Below are positions 52,701 to 60,000 of a stretch of 60,000 bases of DNA, one piece after another. Source of the DNA: Botryllus schlosseri (taxonomy: Eukaryota); assembly GCA_051294905.1 (NCBI GenBank), contig CM119372.1, positions 33,730,001-33,790,000 on the forward strand, in the 5' to 3' direction. A model generated the notes under the pieces. It was not told the origin of the DNA and made no database searches. It saw nothing but the letters and a program-made list of their open reading frames with translations. How positions within the stretch are numbered: position 1 is the stretch's first letter; each line of letters begins with the position of its first letter. A program made the translations under genes and the position numbers.

Positions 52701-54954
52701 ATTTTCAATCAACAATACTGGAATTTTTTGGTAATGCTAGAGTTGCCAAATGATTAGTTGTGTGTTTTTGTTAAGTGTTTGATTTCAAGTTAATAAAGAC
52801 AATAACTGTGTAATGCACATACTTGTGATTCTTGATTCTTGTAGAGTTATAGTTGGTATTGATTCTATAAGTGTGAAAACAGTGGCGCGGAATGTGCGAA
52901 TAATTCGATGCGGCTGAAAGTCGGCGTCAGTAATATTCGGGTTACGTTCGATTCAACAAAAACGCGGTAAGGGATTTGTCAAAGGATTAGAGTTGTACCG
53001 ATTTAAAACATTCAGATACGAATCGACTTGATTTGTGTAGTGAGTTTCATTTCAAGTTGATAAACTAACACATTGATTGAATATTTTCATGGATCTTATC
53101 ACGCAACTAAAGTCAGCCACTATTCTGGAGGCGTGAAACATATAGCGATCGCGGGCGAGTGACAAATTGTCGGTTTTCCAATCACCGCCTGCGACGGTTC
53201 TGTGACAAACTAATTACCGAAATATTACCTTGTAGGCGGGTATGCGGAATTGCTATGTCTGAAGTATTATCCGGTGAGTGGTCGTTGGATTTTAAAATTA
53301 TATCACACCCTTTTGAATAAGCGTTCACTTCACAAAGGATTAGAGTTAGAGCGGAAATAAGTGACAATTTGTCGCTATTCAAGTTACCGCGGTCTGTTAT
53401 TCGTTACTTGTTAAATCTTACCAGCGATATCAAGTACTGTGACAAACTGATTACTAAAATTTCACCGCGTGAGCGATCGGTATGGTTAGGACACCAAGTC
53501 GTGAAAGATGGTTATGACCGAGACATTATCTTGTCAGCGATCGCGGGGTTTTGCAAACTATTTCACAGCTATTTGAAGTGTTAATTCGTGAGCGTTGTTA
53601 TTGTTGATATTCGAATCGCCGTCTACGCCGGCTCTGTGGTAAACTAAATACCAAAATATTACCTTGCAAGTGATTCCTAGACTTGGCAAACTATTTCACA
53701 CCTTTTTTTGCTGAAAGTACGACATGCCGCCCGCAGTCTATACCGAAAGTACGAATCACGACCGCACCCATAAGAAATAAGACCCGCCGCCATAAGAAAT
53801 AAGTGCCGCTCGCCACCCCGGGTTTCGTGTTAGCATCAATAGCCGCTCACCACCCCCCGCCATAAGACGCAATAGCCGCATGCGACCGCACCCATAAGAA
53901 CACATGGCGAGTCGCCACAGACCCCGTAAGAATACACGACAGGCGAATCACCGTCACCACCTATAGTAAAAAAGGCGAGTCACGACCACCGCGGTTGGCT
54001 GTGAAACAATTTAGCGCGCAGGTCATTCGAAATATAGGTCGCACTGCTTAATCCTCTTGCAAGCCACGTTTCCGTTTGTGCGGTTATTGTTGGTGACTAT
54101 TCAACACCACGCGAGAGATGGTTGAAAGTGCGCATCACAACCGCACCCATAAGAACACATGGCGAGTCACCACATATCGCGTAAGAATACATGGCGCATC
54201 ACCGCCGCAGCCCATAGCAAAAAAGGCGAGTCACGACCACGAGTTTTCAGGCACATCACCGCCGCAGCCTATACCCGAAAGGGTGCCATCATCACCGCAT
54301 CCATAAGAGCACATGGCACCTCACCGCCGAGAGGGGGTGTAAAAGGGTGCCATCACCACCACGAGTTTTCAGGCACCTCACCGCCGCACCCATAAGAACC
54401 CCTGCCAGGTCACCAGCGATCTATATAACTACTCATAACATTTTGTAAGTTGAAATCGCGCCCAGCGCGAAATTTTTTGGAAAAGTTGCATACAGTTTCA
54501 AAAAAACTCTATAATCTATGCTAATTCACGAAAAAATTTGGGGCCCCCTTCGAGCTCGCCCCCCCCCCAATTGTGGGGTTTGGGGTGCGGCAGTTACGGC
54601 CCTGCATACGATATTAGGCTAGCGTTCTTGCATTATTGCTAATAGGATTGGACTCATTTTTGTACAGCAGGCATATGTTTTTTAAAATGTTTTATGTGAT
54701 TTGTTCTTGCTTTGATGCATATTTTACGCTGTGCACACTGTGTATACAGTATACATTCTGCTTGGATGATTACTGCTGATTATCCATGTCTTTTATCTTT
54801 TGTAATTCCTATGTCCATTGGTTAACTGTCACATTCGTTAGTCTTGATATAGGCCTACCTACATCTTGCCATATTTACTCGTTTATAACTACCAGACTTG
54901 GACAACTAGATAATTCTAGTTGACTAAATTCACTAAATTAGAGCGAAATGCCAG

Positions 54955-55105
54955 TAATCTAATTCTAATTTAATTTGTGAAATGTTTCTATGATCCAATT
55001 CTAATTCTAATCTAATTTGTGAAATGTTTCTATGATCCAATTCTAATTCTAATCTAATTTGTAAAATGTTCCTAGGCTCTAATTTTAATTCTAATCTAAT
55101 TTATT
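54955..55105 (+). repeat. Short ~42-bp tandem repeat
   Basis: AATTCTAATTCTAATCTAATTTGTGAAATGTTTCTATGATCC, about 3 copies. Confidence 0.75.
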
Positions 55106-57948
55106 GTTTTCCTGAAAATGACAGTTTTCCGCGGCATTTTGCAGCGAGTTAACAAGAATATCTCTCTCGCACAGGGAAATCTAGTGACAAGCCGCCATCG
55201 CATTACTTACACCGTACGGTCATAGTATAGGTATTGTGCGACGATTGATAGCCATGCTGGCTTAGTAGCTTGTAGTATGCGAACAATATTCTAGTTTCTA
55301 TCACAAACAGCAGCAAAGAAATATAGATAGCTATCACAGGCTTGGTCACTTTCATGCCCTCAACTACACCAACAAAAAAGAGGATGATTATTCAGATCAA
55401 ACCAAAGAAAATATGTTAGAGGATGAGGTGGAAAGATATTTCACAGCACAGAAGAGCATGGACTGCGTGAAGTTTTGAGTTACTGGAACAGACAAAATCG
55501 TTTTACTCATCTCAAGGCTGCTGCTGCTGCTCGAGAACTCGTAGCCATGATAAATCACTAGGCCAGGGGTCGCCAACTCAAAATGGGTCGCGGGCCACTT
55601 TTCCGAATGCCGAGATGCCGCGGGCCGCAGGACATCAATATCGATATAAAAGTAGGCAAAGCAGTTCAGCAACCACATCTGATAACTCTTCGTTATTACA
55701 ATGCTGTGCTCTCTAACATGGGCGACGGTTATAGTCACCACAAAAGAAATAATATTTTATTGAACAAACACAAATACAACAAAAGTATCATGATCATCAA
55801 TTTCCAATTTCGTTATATTTTGAACTATGAGCTGTACACGATACCTGACACTCTGTAGCCGCTAAAACAGGGGTGGCCCACATTTTTGCTCTTCATGGCC
55901 GCTTTTCGATTACTCATGTAGCCTGCGGCCGCATACCCGTTGTTATAGTCGTGATAAACTAGCTGGGGCCAAATGCCCACGTTAAACTGTCCATGTCCAT
56001 TGCCGGTACACTCCGAACTAATCAATTTATGCACATCGGCTTACTATGCGGACCGAAATCGTTAGTAGTTATGTTGTAATAGTCACAGGACACCCCGGTC
56101 TGTAGTCGCGCGAAGCGCGAAAAATTTTTCATGTTTATTAGTGAATTTCGTCAATATTCGTATGGTTTCACATATTACTATAAAATATTTATCCTTTCTC
56201 GGCCAATGTGATCAGATTCACCGATAGAGCTGATGCAGGGGGTATCTTAGAAAACGTAGGGTTGTTATCAAAAGTGTCGACAGCCGCATAATTTCCCTTC
56301 TACTACCGCAGATTGGCCACCCCTGGATTAAAGAATCAATATTTGGATTAGCTAGACACGGTAGGCCTACTTGCTAAACAACTATCTCCTCGTAAAGCAT
56401 GGTCTTTTGGAGAGCCCGAAGTCGTTTTTCACGCGTCTCGGTCTTGGCAGTGGTGGGCCATTGCACGTCAAGGCAATATTATGCCCATTCGTACCAGCAA
56501 ATTCTTCATCCATGGAATGATATTACCATGTCGAAGCCGTATCAACTAGTAAGGAATAGTGATATTGGGCACAGTATAATGGCTTACTTCGAACAACAAC
56601 AACATTATGTTTCAATTGAAATAATTTTCAGCGTTTAAAAATGATTTACTAAGCGTTTTTCTGAAATTTGTTCAAATCAGGTCGCGGGCCGCAAAATAGG
56701 ACCTCGCGGGCCGCATGCGGCCCGCGGGCCGCGTGTTGGAGACCCCTGGTGTAAATGCACACTCCTTTCGCCAATAGTGTGTGTTTAGTTCAGTGGTGTC
56801 ACAACCAAGTCCCGCGAGCCTCATCGTGCCCGCGAAGCAATTTTGAGTATATTGAAAAATGCACGTGTTATCCAGCACATTTCTAACAAATTTTGATATC
56901 TGCAGAAAGAAATAATTTCGTTAAATAATGTCGAGTATATGCTCATATGCCACATTATAACCACCCGATAGCGGTTTTATGGCTTCTTGTCACCACTAGG
57001 AGAAAGTTACTGGTACTGACACCGATTTCCCAGAAGACAAAAAACTGCATACGAGTCCATAGTTTTATGGAAAAATTGACCCAAAATTAGCTATCGACAA
57101 AAGCGAAACGGCCATTGCGAAACTGCTATATGCAAGGTACATGGAGAACATAACACTTGCACATATGTATAGGCCCAATTAAAATATATGTGGTCGCACT
57201 GCCGCGATTGGAATCAAATGGCCTCCAGGCTCGAGAGAAACCCGAATCGGGATATAATAATATGTAGCACATTCCAACGTCCGCATTTACGGTGGGATAC
57301 TTTGTATTCCTCATATCGCATACCCCGGGTTTACGCCAGTATACGATTTAAAGAAAAGGAGCATAGAATTATAACAACTTATATCATCGTTAGAACCAAT
57401 GTCTTGTCGTTATTAACTGAATTGTACCGCTCAATCGACATATTATTGCCAATTCTATTGTTTGCCTATGAAGGTGCGCGGCCAGAATTAAACCCCTATG
57501 ATCAGTTATTTAATGTTATATACTACTGCGTGAAAACAGGCTTGATAAAAAAGTATTCGAATAAAAAAAAGGAATGGATTATGAGGTGATAGTTCGGAAT
57601 CTTTTCGCTGGTGCGGCCCGCCAGCGATCTGAAAGATTTGCATCCGGTCCGCGGCGACAGTTGAGTTTGACACCTCCGATTTAGTACATCCTCCTTTACG
57701 AGAGATGTTCAGGCACGCTACTGGCGCTTACGGTTTTAGACACTTTCAATTGTGTTAAGTAGAAAGTTGTTCTGACATGTGTTTGCATCACTTTTATTGG
57801 TAAAATTGTCATAACGACTTGGCGATATGACCCCTGTACTACGGTGACTGAATGTATGTACGGAAATTGCACGGATATGCAGTTTAATCAATGATTTGTG
57901 TTAGTCGTGTAGTGACCCAGCAATTTCTGAAGTATAGTCGCCTTAGAT

Positions 57949-58409
57949 CAGGGACGGCAACTTCTCCAGTCACCGGGAAGGATATACGAAAATGAAGTGT
58001 TTGGCGGGCCGGATTCCTAAATCGATACAGTAATCGTGTATTCTTTATCCACGGGATTTAATGAATTTAGTAACGTAATATACTTCAATAGCTGTGGGAG
58101 TCAATGAGATTTGTAGTCGATAGAAGTTCTCGACAAGTTATTTGAACTCTGGTTGCGTGTCGGATGTAGAAACCCTTGGTAACGACTGCACGTGATCATC
58201 AGTTAGATTAGAACGGAGCTTTGTCTGTGCAATTCCGTGGTCGAAAATGGTTTGCTGGAAAATGTATGTAGACCCGAACAGAACAAGTAGTTTCATGTCC
58301 ACTTTTCTCCAACCTCGGGACACATTATCATGCGAGACCTGAAACTCTCTGCGGGCCGCTCAAAATCCGTTTGCGGGCCGGATCCGGCCCACATGTTGCC
58401 CACCGCTGC
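57949..58409 (+). mobile_element. hAT-type MITE
   Basis: CAGGGACGGCAAC...GTTGCCCACCGCTG, TSD CCTTAGAT/CCTTATAT; same family as 11862-12360. Confidence 0.75.
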
Positions 58410-58646
58410 CTTATATCAACTAAACTATGTGACGGCTCAACCACATCAGCCTTTTGAAACTACAAATTCGACTGCATTCAGATATTCATTTTGTACTTCC
58501 ATTAGCAGTAGTTTTGAAATGTCTTCGAAACCGTTACTTCTGCTTGTAATTTTGTAAAAACGTACGGCAATACTTCTCCCCGTACTTTGGTACCAACAAC
58601 GACTGCTTTCACCACCTCCTCTGTTCCTAACTAATTGTCTGCTTAC

Positions 58647-59044
58647 CTTAGTCAGGTTGCGGAACAAGTCTGAACTAAGCGTCGACAGCCTGGTTTTCGC
58701 CAACGACAGAAATACCAAAGACGCGGGGAAGGCGCTAAGATTTTCGTGGATCACCATCCGCCTATTATACGAAAGGTCGACTTCCGTCAACCTGGGTGTG
58801 TAGAACTTCGGCCGCGATCCGTTCGCTCCAACAGGGACGAACAGGGGAGTTGCGTTCAGCCAGCAATTTCTCATGCTTAGTGTGCGCAGATTTTTCATGT
58901 GTCGGAAACTGTCCACGGGTAAGGTCTTGCAAAACGTCCGAGATAAGTCAAGATGACGCAGCGAGGTGAAATCGTCAAACACGGCGGGTTCGAAGGTGAC
59001 AAACGACGATGCGAGGTTGTCGCTGAGATAGAGAGCCTTCATTT
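58647..59044 (-). CDS. LRR protein exon (most 5' exon found in the window)
   Basis: LYLSDN, LRHLDLSRT, LRTLSMRNC, LTEVDLSYN, LVFLSLAKT repeats; TTTCAG acceptor and GTAAGC donor; splices in frame across 26 kb as LFRNLTK|LKHLDITHS. Confidence 0.9.
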
Positions 59045-60000
59045 CTGAAATGCAATGGGTAATTGACTACACAACAAACATGCACATTATTACAGAATTT
59101 CATTTGTGAATGGTCCGCGGCATATATACGCGATGCGCGTGGGCAACTGCCACATAAAATAGTAACTAGTGAGCGACATTTGAGCAAACGGGACTACTTT
59201 GGCGTCATATAAGCCTAATTCCTTTCCAAAGACCTCGATATCAGATTAAGAACGACAGTATCACCAGTCACCACACAACAATAATAATAATCATTTTATT
59301 TAATTGTCTAATCGTCATTCTGAGTGTCAGTGGCGGCTCGTCCTATAGGACAACTGGGGCATTTCCCCACCTAAAATTCTATTCAATAAGAATTATTTAC
59401 CATTTATAGACGCTCAGCAATCAATATATACCGAGATCACAGCGAAACCCGCATTCTTCTTTTGCTTTCGCTTGTAAATGCCCAATGCCCATACATAGCG
59501 AAGTCTCAGCGAAAATCGAATCTTCTTCTGTGTTTTCGCTTTGTGAATGCCTAGCCGGGGCCTGCCCCTGTATAGCGCTCATAACACGCTTTCCCTATCT
59601 ATTCCCTCAAAGCCGCGCATAACAAAGAAACGGTGATCTGGTCTCTCCCATTCACAAAATTACCGAGCAAGTGGGGCGAGATGTGATGTAACAATCGTAT
59701 CTATATCTGAACTCGATTACCATAATATGCACTGAGTCGACCTTTGCTGGTATAGGTCGATTTTGACGGTGTTTCGCACCATGATAATTCTTGAAACTTG
59801 GTATGTTATGTCGCGGAGGTAGTATTTAACACTGCTCCAAGTTTCAGGCTTGCTACTAAAAGATTAGGTTGTAATTTCGTTTCCGAAGTTCAGTGTGTGC
59901 TGATACATCATATACAGTAAACAGAATTTACTCAAAAGCCGTTATTGGTCTCCATTGATTTTCACGATGTTCCATACCGAGATCGGTCATGACATTTGGC

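Larger units (their letters stand above)
38050..54433. mobile_element. Non-autonomous Polinton/Maverick-like element forming a giant palindrome
   Basis: Termini AGTAGTTATATAGATCGCTGG...CCAGCGATCTATATAACTACT; 6-bp TSD CATAAC (38044-38049 / 54434-54439). Inverted arms of 6,245 bp (38050-47210 minus the insertion; 48189-54433). The ORF track is mirrored with constant coordinate sums (95399 and 92483). Confidence 0.9.
36879..54604. mobile_element. Outer hAT-type non-autonomous element (~1.3 kb of own sequence) hosting the Polinton-like insertion
   Basis: TIRs CAGGGCCGTAAC...GTTACGGCCCTG, perfect 8-bp TSD CATACGAT (36871-36878 / 54605-54612). Confidence 0.9.

Noticed and set aside
41700..53700. 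Intact viral genes or an alternative genetic code in the arms
   Set aside because: No pPolB, integrase, ATPase, protease or capsid motifs recognised. Reading TGA as Trp in the frame I tested did not give a long ORF.
38050..54433. Inverted duplication as an assembly or chimeric-read artefact
   Set aside because: It is bounded by specific AGTAGT termini and a 6-bp TSD. One arm has a private TSD-flanked insertion, and the arms differ at point positions.
55380..55560. Possible hAT transposase C-terminal fragment (LEDEVERYF...DCVKF*); similar weak remnant at ~17810-17900
   Set aside because: Too short and degenerate to call with confidence.

Overview
Eukaryotic (animal, probably invertebrate; taxon not determinable from sequence alone) AT-rich, transposon-dense DNA. 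There are two host gene loci, both on the minus strand. (1) A multi-exon leucine-rich-repeat gene: exons 59044-58647, 32421-31846, 30622-29894 and 29217-29137 join in frame through GT-AG introns. The product has an LRR array, an LRRCT cap and an acidic tail; its 5' end was not found. (2) A class A GPCR (13186-16333) broken by two TSD-flanked insertions and a probable 5' frameshift. The standout feature lies in the 26-kb LRR intron: a 16.4-kb element (38050-54433) with Polinton/Maverick-type AGTAGT termini and a 6-bp TSD (CATAAC). It is essentially a giant palindrome, with two near-identical 6,245-bp arms around a 978-bp spacer and no recognisable replication, integrase or capsid genes. It sits inside a hAT-type element and carries another hAT-type element in its left arm only; that inner element contains a degenerate 28S rRNA fragment. 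A related Polinton-type terminus is at 1-503. The rest consists of hAT/Buster MITEs and transposase remnants, a CACTA/EnSpm-like element with a ~80-bp satellite, tRNA-derived SINEs, a solo LTR and a LINE fragment. Most short ORFs in the track are spurious.
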